Assembly: GCA_963816145.1 (NCBI GenBank)
Contig: CAWFJP010000008.1
Coordinates: forward strand, 32,720 to 96,719
DNA from: an uncultured delta proteobacterium
GTDB lineage: Bacteria > Desulfobacterota > Binatia > UBA9968
Reading direction: 5' to 3'
DNA length: 64,000 nt
Position numbers and translations under genes: made by a program. Each line of letters begins with the position of its first letter. Within the stretch, counting starts at the first letter, position 1. Of the stretch, positions 1 to 9,667 are shown piece by piece. The notes under the pieces are model-generated. The model had not been told where the DNA came from. It searched no databases and was given only the letters and a program-made list of their open reading frames with translations.

Positions 1-256
1 AACCCGCATGGCGCGCACTCGGAGCGGCACGCCCAGCCCCACGACCCACAGCGGGTGCAGCAGCCAGCCGCATCACACAGCCGCGAGAGTTTTGTTAACT
101 CGCTCCGCGTCATTGAAGTCCACCCCGGCGAACGGGCAACCACTGAGACATTGGCGACCTGGAGCGCCCAGCGTTAAAAAAAATGGATTGCTCTAGCTTT
201 AAGTCTTTTTTTTAGTAGAGTATGCCGCGCTTAAGTCACATATCAGGAGGTGCTCC

Positions 257-1288
257 ATGATCAAACTGTTCTGGCTGCTCCTAAGCGCTTTGCTCGCCAG
301 TGAAGCGGCCTACGGCCAGGCGCCATTCTACCAAGGCAAAACCATTCGAGTTATTGTCGGCACGCCGCCCGGTAATCTCTACGATCTTTGGGCGCGTTTG
401 ATCGTGGAACATATGGGCAAGCACATCCCCGGCAATCCCAACTTCATCGTCCAGAACATGCCCGGCGCAGGCCACGTCGTTGCGGTAAATTACCTGTACA
501 CCCAAGTGAAACCGGACGGCCTGACGATCATCGGCTCGGTAATACCGTCACTTTATCTTAACCAGTTGCTCGGCCGCCCTGAGATCCAGTTCGATTGGTC
601 AAAGTTTAGCTGGATCGGATCGCCGGCACGGGGCGCAAGCCAAATGTACATGCGTGCCGATAGCCCTTACAAAACCATAGAAGATATTCGCACCGCCAAG
701 GAGCCGCCCAAATGCGGCGCCACCGGGGTGACCGGACCGGACTCTTACCTGCCCAAAATGTTGCAGGAAACTGTCGGCGCCAAGTTCAACATCGTCACCG
801 GCTACCCCGGCGGAACCGATATCGACCTCGGCGTCGAACGGGGCGAAATTCAGTGCCGGGCATTCACCATCGAAGCCTTCTTCGGCCGCGAGCCCTATCA
901 CACCTGGCGCAAGAATAATTTTGTCCATAATATCTTTCAGACCAGCAAGAAGCGCGACCCGCGCCTGCCGCAAACACCGACGATTTACGAGCTCATGGAC
1001 CAATATAAGACATCCGCTTCGGGCCGCGGACTAGCGACCGTACTCGTCGGCGCCGACGGCATGGGCCGTCCGATGTTCGGCCCCCCGGGGATGACCGCCG
1101 AGCGCTTAAAAATTCTTCGCGACGCGTACGATAAGACCATGAACGACGAAGCGCTGATCGCCGAAGCGAAACGGCGCAAGTATGAGTTCGATCCAGTCGG
1201 CGGCGAGGAGCTCCAGGCATTGTCAAAGGAATTAACGAGCCAGCCGCCGGAGGTCATCGACCAATTGAAACGAGTACTGAGCAAATAA
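257..1288 (+). CDS. Tripartite tricarboxylate transporter substrate-binding protein (TctC/Bug family)
   Basis: RBS AGGAGG; signal peptide then AQAPFYQGKTI; HIPGNP-IVQNMPGAG and KPDGLTI motifs; C-terminal PPG motif. Confidence 0.9.
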   Translation: MIKLFWLLLSALLASEAAYGQAPFYQGKTIRVIVGTPPGNLYDLWARLIVEHMGKHIPGNPNFIVQNMPGAGHVVAVNYLYTQVKPDGLTIIGSVIPSLYLNQLLGRPEIQFDWSKFSWIGSPARGASQMYMRADSPYKTIEDIRTAKEPPKCGATGVTGPDSYLPKMLQETVGAKFNIVTGYPGGTDIDLGVERGEIQCRAFTIEAFFGREPYHTWRKNNFVHNIFQTSKKRDPRLPQTPTIYELMDQYKTSASGRGLATVLVGADGMGRPMFGPPGMTAERLKILRDAYDKTMNDEALIAEAKRRKYEFDPVGGEELQALSKELTSQPPEVIDQLKRVLSK

Positions 1289-1359
1289 TCTCACAGGAGC
1301 CGCTTGACCTAATCCACAGTTCGCGTACAAGACCTGTGACCGATTTTGGAGGCAAACCT

Positions 1360-2424
1360 ATGTCATCGATGAATTTCGCTGGATGGACCGCCTCGGCGAT
1401 TCTGCTGCTGTCCCAACTTTTCATGGATCCGGCGCTCGCCCAGGCGCCGTTTTATCAAGGCAAGACGATCACGATCGTTCAAGGCCGCGATCCGGGCGGA
1501 ACCGGCGACTTGCGGGTGCGCGCCCTGGTGCCGTTCCTGCAAAAATATATTCCCGGCAGTCCAACGATCGTTATGGAGTTCATGCCCGGCGGCGGCAGCC
1601 GCAAGGCCGCCAACCACGTGTACCGCTCTTCGCGTCCGGACGGCCTGACCATCGGCAACTTGAGCTCCGGCATGGTTTCCCTCGCCATACTCGGTGAGTC
1701 CGGCGTCTTATACGATATCGACAAGTTCCATTACTTGGGCTCGCCGTACAGTACCTACCATTCGGTGTTTGTCACACGTAAAGACGCCGGTTTCGACACC
1801 CTCGAGAAGTTGCGCGCCGCCAGCGGTATCAAAATCGGCGGCCAGTCCCTCGGTTTCTCCACTTATAATGAAGGCCGGCTGTTCGGCTATATGCTCGGTC
1901 TCAAAGATCCCCTGTTCATCGCCGCCTTCGGCGGTGCCGAGCTCGATCCGGCCCTGATGCGCGGCGAAATCGACGGCCGCGCCACCGGTCCGGACACCAT
2001 CCTGCAACGCAATCGGGATTGGCTCGACAAAGGTCTAGTGAACATTCATGCGATCATGGAAACCCCCAGAGGCGATAAGCATCCCCATCCGTTTTTTGCC
2101 AAGCTTCCCGAGATCGAAACCTTCGCGAAAAACGACCGGGAGCGAAAGATGCTCGCCTTGCAGCGCGGCTTCCGTGTCACCGGCACGCCATTCGTACTGC
2201 CGCCGGGCACACCGAAGGATCGCGTCGATACATTGAAAGAGGCGTTCCGCAAGACCTATTTGGATCCCGAGTTCGCCAAATACTATCACAAGCTCACCGC
2301 CGACGATCCGTCGCCGCTGCTGCCGGAGAATCATGAGAAGGCGATTAGAGACGTGCCGCGCGACCCAGAGGCGATCGAACTGTTTAAAATCCTCGCGGGT
2401 CCGAAGAAACTGCCTCCAAGGTAA
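1360..2424 (+). CDS. TctC/Bug family substrate-binding protein
   Basis: GGAGG before ATG 1360; FYQGKTITI, MPGGG, RPDGLTIG, PPGTPKDR motifs. Confidence 0.88.
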   Translation: MSSMNFAGWTASAILLLSQLFMDPALAQAPFYQGKTITIVQGRDPGGTGDLRVRALVPFLQKYIPGSPTIVMEFMPGGGSRKAANHVYRSSRPDGLTIGNLSSGMVSLAILGESGVLYDIDKFHYLGSPYSTYHSVFVTRKDAGFDTLEKLRAASGIKIGGQSLGFSTYNEGRLFGYMLGLKDPLFIAAFGGAELDPALMRGEIDGRATGPDTILQRNRDWLDKGLVNIHAIMETPRGDKHPHPFFAKLPEIETFAKNDRERKMLALQRGFRVTGTPFVLPPGTPKDRVDTLKEAFRKTYLDPEFAKYYHKLTADDPSPLLPENHEKAIRDVPRDPEAIELFKILAGPKKLPPR

Positions 2425-2437
2425 GCTGAATAAAGAG

Positions 2438-2537
2438 GTTCAAAACGTTCAAGCCGTTCAATCCCCCACCTCTGGTCCTCCCCCGCGTCGCGGGGGAGGA
2501 TGAAGGAGGGGGCTTGAGCGCTTTGAACGTTTTGAAC
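2438..2537. repeat. Family A palindromic intergenic element, copy 1
   Basis: 9-nt-period GTTCAA arms and TTGAAC arms flanking hairpin TCCTCCCCCGC-GTC-GCGGGGGAGGA. Confidence 0.85.
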
Positions 2538-2558
2538 GCGCAATAACCAGGAGGAAAC

Positions 2559-3593
2559 ATGCTAAAACTTTCCATTCTCATCGCTTTCATTTTGTTCGCA
2601 TTGACATCCGCGCACGCACAGACGCCCTTTTATCAGGGCAAAACGCTGACGATTGTGCACGGCCGCGCCGCCGGTGGATCGGGCGATTTGCGCGTGCGCG
2701 CCGTCGCGCCATTTCTAAAAAAATATCTACCGGGAAACCCCAACGTCATTCATGAATTTATGGACGGCGGCGGCGGACGAAAAGCGGCCAATCATATCTA
2801 CAATAGCGCACGCCCCGATGGGCTCACCATCGGCAACGTCGGAGGCGGCGTGGTCGCCAACGCCGTGCTCGGTGAATCAGGAGTGCAGTACGACCTGGGG
2901 AAACTGCCCTTCATCGGTTCACCCTATAGCACTACCCATTATGTCCTGATCACTCGACGCGAGGCGGGCTTCAATACCCTCGACAAATTGCGTGAAGCCC
3001 CGGCGGTGCGATTTGGCGCTCAGAATGTCGGCCACACCAATTACAACATCGCGCGCATTGTCAGTTGGCTTATCGGCGTGAAAAATCACAAAGATGTCAC
3101 CGGCTTTTCGGTCCCTGAGCGCGACGTCGCGCTTATGCGCGGTGAGATCGATGCCGTGGCATCTTCCGATGATTTGTTATCGCGCAATAAAGAATGGCTC
3201 GACAAGAAGTTGATCGATCTGCATGTAATTGTCGCCATCCCGCGCGAGGAAAAGCACCCGCAGTTTTCATACCTGCCGGAACTCGACGGCTTTATTAAGA
3301 ATGAGCGAGAGCGCAAACTGCTCACCATGTTTCGCACATTCAGGCTCTCAGGATCACCATTCATCGCACCTCCTGGCACGCCGCCGGAGCGTTTGGAGAT
3401 CATCAAAGAGGCGCTGAATAAGACTTTTAGGGACAAAGAATTTTTCAAAGAGTACCACAAAGTGGTCGGCGAAGATCCGACGCCGCTATTGCCGGAAGCC
3501 AATGAAAAGGCGATCCGAGAATTACCCCGGGACCCGGAAACCATCGAGCTGTTCAAGAAATTCGCCGGCCCGGGGCCGCTGCCGGGGCGATAA
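2559..3593 (+). CDS. TctC/Bug family substrate-binding protein
   Basis: AGGAGG RBS; same family motifs as neighbours. Confidence 0.9.
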   Translation: MLKLSILIAFILFALTSAHAQTPFYQGKTLTIVHGRAAGGSGDLRVRAVAPFLKKYLPGNPNVIHEFMDGGGGRKAANHIYNSARPDGLTIGNVGGGVVANAVLGESGVQYDLGKLPFIGSPYSTTHYVLITRREAGFNTLDKLREAPAVRFGAQNVGHTNYNIARIVSWLIGVKNHKDVTGFSVPERDVALMRGEIDAVASSDDLLSRNKEWLDKKLIDLHVIVAIPREEKHPQFSYLPELDGFIKNERERKLLTMFRTFRLSGSPFIAPPGTPPERLEIIKEALNKTFRDKEFFKEYHKVVGEDPTPLLPEANEKAIRELPRDPETIELFKKFAGPGPLPGR

Positions 3594-3602
3594 AACCGAA
3601 AG

Positions 3603-3726
3603 GTTCAAGCCGTTCCAATCGTTCCAATCGCTCAAGCCCCCTCCTGCATCCTCCCCCGCGTCGCGGGGGAGGAAAGGTGGCGGATGGAACGGAGCGCAGC
3701 GGTTGAACGGCTGGAACCATTGGAAC
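3603..3726. repeat. Family A element, copy 2 (inverted relative to the others)
   Basis: Same hairpin core; reverse complement aligns to copy 3, including the CCGCT(T/G)CGCTCCGTTC segment. Confidence 0.85.
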
Positions 3727-3743
3727 GAATAAAGGAACAACCC

Positions 3744-4775
3744 ATGCTGAAGTTGTTAGCACTCATCGCTCTGTTTACATCAACCCCGGTCTTTGCCCAG
3801 ACGCCCTTTTACCAAGGCAAGACGATCACAATGATCGCCAGCACCGCGCCTGGAGGGACTGGGGACCTGCGCGTCAAATCCATGGTGCCGACGCTGCGCA
3901 AACATATCCCCGGTAGTCCTACGATCATCATCGAATACATGGACGGTGGCGGCGGGCGCAAAGGCGCCAATTTTTTGTTTCGTAACGCCAAGCCCGACGG
4001 GTTGACCATCGGGGCGCTCAGCGGCGGCGTCGTCGGCCTGCAAATCATGCGCGAAAGCGGCGTCATGTACGATATCGACAAATTCATACAATTGGGTACG
4101 CCCGAGAGCACCAACCATTACACCATCTACACGCGCAAGGAATTGGGTGCCAATAGTGTCGAGAAGCTGCGCGCCCTAAGCGGCGTGCGCATCGGCGCCC
4201 AATCCGTCGGCCATGTGTCTTACATCGCCGGGCGGCTTTTCGCCTACCTTTTCGGTTTAAAGCAACCGCAGTTCATTGCCGGTTACACGGCGCCGGAAGT
4301 CGACGCGGCGCTTGTGCGCGGCGAACTCGATGCCCGGGCGAACAATGCCGCGTCGGTATTGCGGCGCAATCCGGATTGGCTCGACAAAGGGGTCATGGAC
4401 TTCCACGCCATCATGGAAGTGCCCAAGGGCGACAAGCACGCCAAGCTCGGCCACCTCCCAGAGATCGAGAGCTTCGCCAAGAACGACAAAGAGAAAAAGC
4501 TGGTCGCCATGTGGCGCGGCTTCCGGCTCGTCGGCTCGCCTTACATGCTGCCGCCGGGAACACCGAAAGACCGCGTCGACGTGCTGGAGGACGCGTTTCG
4601 CAAGACTTATCGGGATGCGGATTTTCGCAAAGATTTTCTGAAACTGGTCGGCGACGACGCCGAACCGTTGATGCCCGAAGAGCTCGCCAAGGTGATCCGC
4701 GAGATTCCGCGCGATGCTGAAGTGGTCGAACTGTTGAGGAGTCTGGCTGGAGCCAGGCCGCTGCCGGCGCGCTAG
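3744..4775 (+). CDS. TctC/Bug family substrate-binding protein
   Basis: Start moved to MLKLLA at 3744 because the upstream extension is repeat-derived; family motifs present. Confidence 0.88.
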   Translation: MLKLLALIALFTSTPVFAQTPFYQGKTITMIASTAPGGTGDLRVKSMVPTLRKHIPGSPTIIIEYMDGGGGRKGANFLFRNAKPDGLTIGALSGGVVGLQIMRESGVMYDIDKFIQLGTPESTNHYTIYTRKELGANSVEKLRALSGVRIGAQSVGHVSYIAGRLFAYLFGLKQPQFIAGYTAPEVDAALVRGELDARANNAASVLRRNPDWLDKGVMDFHAIMEVPKGDKHAKLGHLPEIESFAKNDKEKKLVAMWRGFRLVGSPYMLPPGTPKDRVDVLEDAFRKTYRDADFRKDFLKLVGDDAEPLMPEELAKVIREIPRDAEVVELLRSLAGARPLPAR

Positions 4776-4784
4776 AAGACAAGA

Positions 4785-4933
4785 GTTCAAAACGTTCAAG
4801 CCGTTCAAATCGTTCAACCGCTTCGCTCCGTTCAATCCCCACCTTCCTTCAATGAAATTCAGGCCGGGCTTTCCTCCCCCGCATCGCGGGGGAGGATGAA
4901 GGAGGGGGATTAAACAGCTTGAACGTTTTGAAC
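4785..4933. repeat. Family A element, copy 3
   Basis: GTTCAA-periodic arms and CTCCCCCGC/GCGGGGGAG hairpin. Confidence 0.85.
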
Positions 4934-4980
4934 CTTAATCGTATAAGTGCGCAGCAACTTCCCACTAAGGATCAATATTC

Positions 4981-6522
4981 ATGGACAGTTCACTGTTCGA
5001 CGCCGCCATCAAAGGCTTTCTAAACATTCTTCAACTCAAAGTATTCTTCGCCATGCTCATGGGCGTTAGCATCGGTACTTTCACCGCCGTTGCGCCGCAA
5101 GGACTCGGCATGCCGCTAGTGTACGCCATCGCGCTGCCGGTGGTGATCAAATGGGAGCCGGTGACCGGCATCGCGTTTTTGATCGGCGCCAGCGCGGTGA
5201 GCGCGATCTGCGCAGCTTATCTGCCGATCCTGTTCGGCATCCCCGGAGGCTCGGGCTCCCAGGCCACCGTGCTCGACGGTTATCCGATGGGCAAAAAGGG
5301 TGAAGGCCGGCGCGCTCTCGGCGCCTCGTTCATGGCCGGCGGCATGGGCGCTTTGATTGGTACGTTTACGCTCGTAGCCGCGATCCCCGCCGCCAAACCG
5401 TTAATTTATTTGATGGGCTCGCCGGAGCTGTTCGTCATCATGCTGTGGGGCTTGAGCATGGTCGCTGTGCTCGCCGGTAGCCGGCCGCTCAAAGGACTGA
5501 TCGCCACAGCCTTGGGCCTGTTGCTCGCCACCGTCGGGCAGCAGGCGCAGAGCGGCATAATGCGTTTCGTTTACGATCAACCGTACTTACTCGACGGCAT
5601 GTCGGTCAGCATCATGGCATTGGCCTTGTTCGGCGTACCGTCTGCGCTTGACCTCGCCTTGACCAAACTCGGTGTCGAACAACAACCGGTACCGCTCAAA
5701 GGCAGCCTATTCGATGGCGTCAGAGATGCGTTGCGCGAGTGGTGGCTGGTTGTCCGCTGTAGCTTTGTCGGCGTCTGGGTCGGCATTGTGCCTGGCTTGG
5801 GCTCGCAAGTGGTCGACTGGCTTGCTTACGGCCACGCTGCGCAAACCTGCAAAGGCGGAAGACAAACCTTCGGCACCGGCGACGTCCGCGGAGTGATCGC
5901 GCCGGAAAGCGCCAATGATGCCAAAGACGGCGGCGATTTGGTGACGACTCTACTCTTGGGATTTCCCCAAGGTGTAGTTACGGCGCTGTTCATCGTCGCC
6001 CTGCTGGCGTGGGGATTCGTCCCCGGTCCCGAGATGATCAAGAAAAACCCCGAAGTCATTTATAGCATCGTCTGGCTTCAGGGGATCTCCGGCATCGTCG
6101 GCACGCTGATCGGGTTTTGCCTTGCCAGCCAGCTCGCCAAGCTCGCCGAGGTACGTTACACCTTCATGGTTCCGATCATGTTCATGTTCATCCTGATGGG
6201 CGCCTTCAGCGTCAACCGCGATCCGCTGGATCTGGTCGTAGTCGTCGCCTTCGGAATCCTCGGTTACTTCATGCGCCGCACCGGCTATCCGCGCCCGGCG
6301 ATGATTCTCGGTCTGGTGCTGGGCGATCTGATGGAAAAATATCTTTACCGCTCGGTGGCGAGCTATGGCTTCAGTTGGCTCGGCCGCCCTGCCGTCATCG
6401 TCCTGTTCATCATCGCCGGCGGCTCACTCTTTTTGACGCTGCGCGGCAAGATGGCCGCGAGCAAGGAAGATTCCACGGCGACTTTTAGCGGCGCCATCGC
6501 GAGGTCCGACAATGAAGATTAA
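4981..6522 (+). CDS. tctA: Tripartite tricarboxylate transporter large permease TctA
   Basis: Polytopic membrane protein; ILFGIPG..ATVLDGYPM..KG and GVIAPESANDA motifs. Confidence 0.92.
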   Translation: MDSSLFDAAIKGFLNILQLKVFFAMLMGVSIGTFTAVAPQGLGMPLVYAIALPVVIKWEPVTGIAFLIGASAVSAICAAYLPILFGIPGGSGSQATVLDGYPMGKKGEGRRALGASFMAGGMGALIGTFTLVAAIPAAKPLIYLMGSPELFVIMLWGLSMVAVLAGSRPLKGLIATALGLLLATVGQQAQSGIMRFVYDQPYLLDGMSVSIMALALFGVPSALDLALTKLGVEQQPVPLKGSLFDGVRDALREWWLVVRCSFVGVWVGIVPGLGSQVVDWLAYGHAAQTCKGGRQTFGTGDVRGVIAPESANDAKDGGDLVTTLLLGFPQGVVTALFIVALLAWGFVPGPEMIKKNPEVIYSIVWLQGISGIVGTLIGFCLASQLAKLAEVRYTFMVPIMFMFILMGAFSVNRDPLDLVVVVAFGILGYFMRRTGYPRPAMILGLVLGDLMEKYLYRSVASYGFSWLGRPAVIVLFIIAGGSLFLTLRGKMAASKEDSTATFSGAIARSDNED

Positions 6523-6976
6523 TTTCGCGCTGTTTCTGCTCGTGGTCTTTGCCGTCGCCACGGTATCCGGTTGGGGCTGGCCCGACATCGCCAAGATCAT
6601 GCCGGTGTATGTCGCGGCCATGCCGGGGCTCGTGATGATCAGCGTCCAAATCTATCGCGAGGCAACCGGCTGGGAGACACGCAAGAACGCCACCGGTATG
6701 GATATGGATGAGAGCGGCGAGAATCAATTGGACGAAGCCACCGCACGCAAGCGCACGCTGTTATTCTTTGCTTGGTTCATTGGCGGCGCACTCGGCATCT
6801 GGCTCATCGGCATCGTCTATGCCCTGCCGCTTTTGGTTTTTCTCTACGCGCTCGTCGAAGGCAAAGAAAAATGGTTCACTTCGCTTATTCTTGGCGCCTG
6901 TGCCTATTTAATGATCTGGGGTCTGTTTGAATATATGCTCGAGACGCGCTGGCCGGCGGGGCTTCTTTTTGGATAA
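6512..6976 (+). CDS. tctB: Tripartite tricarboxylate transporter small subunit TctB
   Basis: Small hydrophobic protein overlapping the tctA stop; C-terminal LF..L...WP.G motif. Confidence 0.8.
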   Translation: MKINFALFLLVVFAVATVSGWGWPDIAKIMPVYVAAMPGLVMISVQIYREATGWETRKNATGMDMDESGENQLDEATARKRTLLFFAWFIGGALGIWLIGIVYALPLLVFLYALVEGKEKWFTSLILGACAYLMIWGLFEYMLETRWPAGLLFG

Positions 6977-6988
6977 CAATTCAGAGGA

Positions 6989-7093
6989 GTTTAAAACGCA
7001 CAATCCCCCACCTTTGTCTTCGAAGAAGCCACGATAGCGGTCCTCCCCCGCGCCGCGGGGGAGGATACAGGAGGGGGATTGAACGTTTTGAAC
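6989..7093. repeat. Family A element, copy 4
   Basis: Hairpin TCCTCCCCCGC-GCC-GCGGGGGAGGA; degenerate left arm. Confidence 0.8.
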
Positions 7094-7117
7094 ATGTTTT
7101 TGGAGTAGGAGTAATCA

Positions 7118-8155
7118 ATGCTCAACTGGTTCACTCTGGTTGCATACATCATTATCGCGGCGCCCATAGCGTCCGCCCAGTCCCCCTACTTCCAAGGCAA
7201 GACCATCAAGATAATTCGCGGTGGCGAGCCCGGTGGCACCGGCGACATGCAGGCGCGCGCAGTTATTCCCTTCTTGAAAAAACATATACCCGGCAATCCG
7301 ACGATCATCGTCGAGAACATGCCCGGCGCTGCGGGACGCAAGGCCGCCAACTATATTTACTCGACGGCAAAACCGGACGGGCTGTCCATCGGTGCGGTGG
7401 GTGCGGGTCTGGTCGCGGGACAAATTCTTGAGTTGGCCGGCTCGCAGTACGACATCGACAAGCTGGTTTATTTAGGCTCCACCGAAAGCGGCGATCCCTA
7501 TGTCTTTGTCGGCCGTAAAGAGGACGGCCTCGACACCCTCGATAAGCTCCGCGCCGTATCGGGCATCAGGATCGGCGCCCAAGCGGTGGGCCATCCGATC
7601 TACGTCGCCGGCCGGCTATTCGCCTACTTGCTCGGTCTGAAAGAGCCAAGAATGGTTTTAGGTTATGGCGGACCCGAACTCGACATCGCTCTCGCTAAAG
7701 GTGAGGTCGACGTGCGCGCCAACGGCGCCGACACCGTGCTGCAACGCAACAAAGACCAGCTCGAAAAAGGTTTCTACCAATTTCACGCGTCGCTGACGAT
7801 TCCTAAAGGCCGCTACGCCGCCGGCCTGCCCAAAGCACCTGAACTTGACAATTTTGCTAGGAACGACAAAGAGCGCCAGCTGATTAATCTGTTTCGCACC
7901 TTTATCTATCCGCGCTGGCCCTACCTTCTGCCGCCGGCCACGCCGAAAGAAATTGTCACTATCCTGCGCGGCGCCATGACCAAAGCGTTGCGCGATCCCG
8001 AATTCCACAAAGAGTTCAAAAAAATCATGACCACTGACGCGACGCCGCTCACCGGCGAGGAGATGGAAACCGCCATCAAAGAACTGCCGCGCGACCCGGA
8101 GATCGTCGCACTGTATAAAAAAATCGCCGACCAGGGACCGGTACCCGCGCGCTAA
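7118..8155 (+). CDS. TctC/Bug family substrate-binding protein
   Basis: YFQGKTI, HIPGNPTIIVENMPG, KPDGLSIG motifs. Confidence 0.9.
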   Translation: MLNWFTLVAYIIIAAPIASAQSPYFQGKTIKIIRGGEPGGTGDMQARAVIPFLKKHIPGNPTIIVENMPGAAGRKAANYIYSTAKPDGLSIGAVGAGLVAGQILELAGSQYDIDKLVYLGSTESGDPYVFVGRKEDGLDTLDKLRAVSGIRIGAQAVGHPIYVAGRLFAYLLGLKEPRMVLGYGGPELDIALAKGEVDVRANGADTVLQRNKDQLEKGFYQFHASLTIPKGRYAAGLPKAPELDNFARNDKERQLINLFRTFIYPRWPYLLPPATPKEIVTILRGAMTKALRDPEFHKEFKKIMTTDATPLTGEEMETAIKELPRDPEIVALYKKIADQGPVPAR

Positions 8156-8165
8156 GCGCGCGGGC

Positions 8166-8448
8166 GTTCAAATGATTCAAACCGTTCAACCGCTTCGCTC
8201 CGTTCAATCCCCCACCATTCATCGAAGCGGTCACGAAGGCTTTCCTCCCCCGCGTCCAGACTGTGTCGCAACTGTCATTTCGAGGTGAAGCCGAGAAATC
8301 TCTTCTTCGTATGTGGCTGAAAACACGAGATTCCTCGCTGCGCTCGGGATGACAGATGTGGGGCATTTGCTCATTACGACACAGTCTCGTCGCGGGGGAG
8401 GATCAAGGAGGGGGCTTGAGCGATTTGAACGGCTTGAACGGTTTGAAC
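8166..8448. repeat. Family A element, copy 5 (interrupted by a nested MITE)
   Basis: Both arms and both hairpin halves present, separated by a 132-bp insertion. Confidence 0.85.
8257..8388. mobile_element. MITE with ~14-bp terminal inverted repeats and a 3-bp target duplication
   Basis: AGACTGTGTCGCAA ... TTACGACACAGTCT; GTC duplicated at 8254-8256 and 8389-8391; carries a family C doublet inside. Confidence 0.75.
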
Positions 8449-8463
8449 GTGTAAGGAGGGTAT

Positions 8464-9501
8464 ATGTTGAAGCTCTTCACTCTCGTCGCTTACATTCTGT
8501 GCGCCATAGATCTCGCATCCGCCCAGACACCCTATTACCAGGGCAAAACCATCACCATCATTCAGGGCACCGAAGCCGGTGGCAGTTCGGACATGATGAC
8601 CCGCGCGATGCTCTCCCACCTGAAGAAGCATATTCCCGGTGAGCCCAATGTGGTCTCGGAATATATGCCCGGTGGCGGCGGCATGAAGGCGGCCAATCAT
8701 ATTTTTAAAAGCGTCCGTCCGGATGGACTGACCATCGGCCGGATCGGCGGCGGTTTGGTCGCCAATGCCGTCCTCGGTGAAAAAGGCGTGCTCTACGATT
8801 TGAATAAGTTTATTTATCTCGGCTCGCCGCATAGCACCTACCATTGGGTGTTCATCACTCGCAAAGAAGCCGGGCTGAAAAATATCGATGCGTTGCGCTC
8901 GGCAACCGGAATCAGAATCGGCGCCCAGTCCGTCGGCCACTCGAATTACTTCGTCGGCCGTTTGTTCGCCTATCTGATCGGCTTCAAAGATCCCAGAATG
9001 GTTGTCGGCTTCTCCGGCACCGAGCTCGACTTGGCGCTGATGCGCGGCGAAATCGACGGCCGCATCAACAATCCCGACACGCTGGCGATCCGAAACGCCG
9101 ACTGGCTCGCCAAGGGCATGATCGACATCCACGCCATCATGGAAGTGCCGCGCGGTTTGAAGCAGCCGGGATTCGACAAATTGCCTGAGATCGAAGAGTT
9201 CGCCAAGAACGAGCGCGAGAAAAAGCTTTTGGCGATGGTCCGCGCCTTCCGCCAGGTCGGCACGCCATCGCTGCTACCGCCGGGCACGCCGCCGGAGCCG
9301 GTGAAAATCCTGCGCGACGCAACTACGCGCATGTACAAAGATCCGGAATTCCAAAAGGACTACAAAAAACTCGTCGGCGAAGAACCTTCGCCGCTGTTCG
9401 CCGAAGACATGGAGCGGACGATCAAAGAATTGCCGCGCGATCCGGAGATCGTCGAGTTGTTCAAGAAGCTTAATGCCGCAGGTGGGATGCCAATTAGATA
9501 G
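8464..9501 (+). CDS. TctC/Bug family substrate-binding protein
   Basis: AAGGAGG RBS; family motifs. Confidence 0.9.
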   Translation: MLKLFTLVAYILCAIDLASAQTPYYQGKTITIIQGTEAGGSSDMMTRAMLSHLKKHIPGEPNVVSEYMPGGGGMKAANHIFKSVRPDGLTIGRIGGGLVANAVLGEKGVLYDLNKFIYLGSPHSTYHWVFITRKEAGLKNIDALRSATGIRIGAQSVGHSNYFVGRLFAYLIGFKDPRMVVGFSGTELDLALMRGEIDGRINNPDTLAIRNADWLAKGMIDIHAIMEVPRGLKQPGFDKLPEIEEFAKNEREKKLLAMVRAFRQVGTPSLLPPGTPPEPVKILRDATTRMYKDPEFQKDYKKLVGEEPSPLFAEDMERTIKELPRDPEIVELFKKLNAAGGMPIR

Positions 9502-9505
9502 AAGA

Positions 9506-9652
9506 GTTCCAAACGTTACAGCCGTTCCACCGCTTCGCTTCGTTCCAACCCCCACCAACTTCGAAGCGGTCACGAAGGCTTTCCTCCCCCGCGAAGCGGG
9601 GGAGGATTAAGGAGGGGGCTGAAACGATTGGAACGGCTGGGGCCATTGGAAC
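9506..9652. repeat. Family A element, copy 6
   Basis: Hairpin core; shares TCGAAGCGGTCACGAAGGCTTTCC with copy 5. Confidence 0.85.
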
Positions 9653-9667
9653 GAGTTAAGAGGAACC

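Noticed and set aside
1-196. Short ORFs at the window start, including a Cys-rich minus-strand frame from 113
   Set aside because: Truncated by the edge, no clear RBS or family motif; cannot be supported
3684-3743. ERLEPLER-type N-terminal peptide and similar short ORFs
   Set aside because: Translation of the 9-nt-period family A arm; a better RBS and start lie at 3744
2438-9652. Regularly spaced repeats as a CRISPR array or integron attC sites
   Set aside because: Spacing is over 1 kb with whole genes between; lengths vary; one copy is inverted; no RYYYAAC/GTTRRRY ends, cas or intI gene seen
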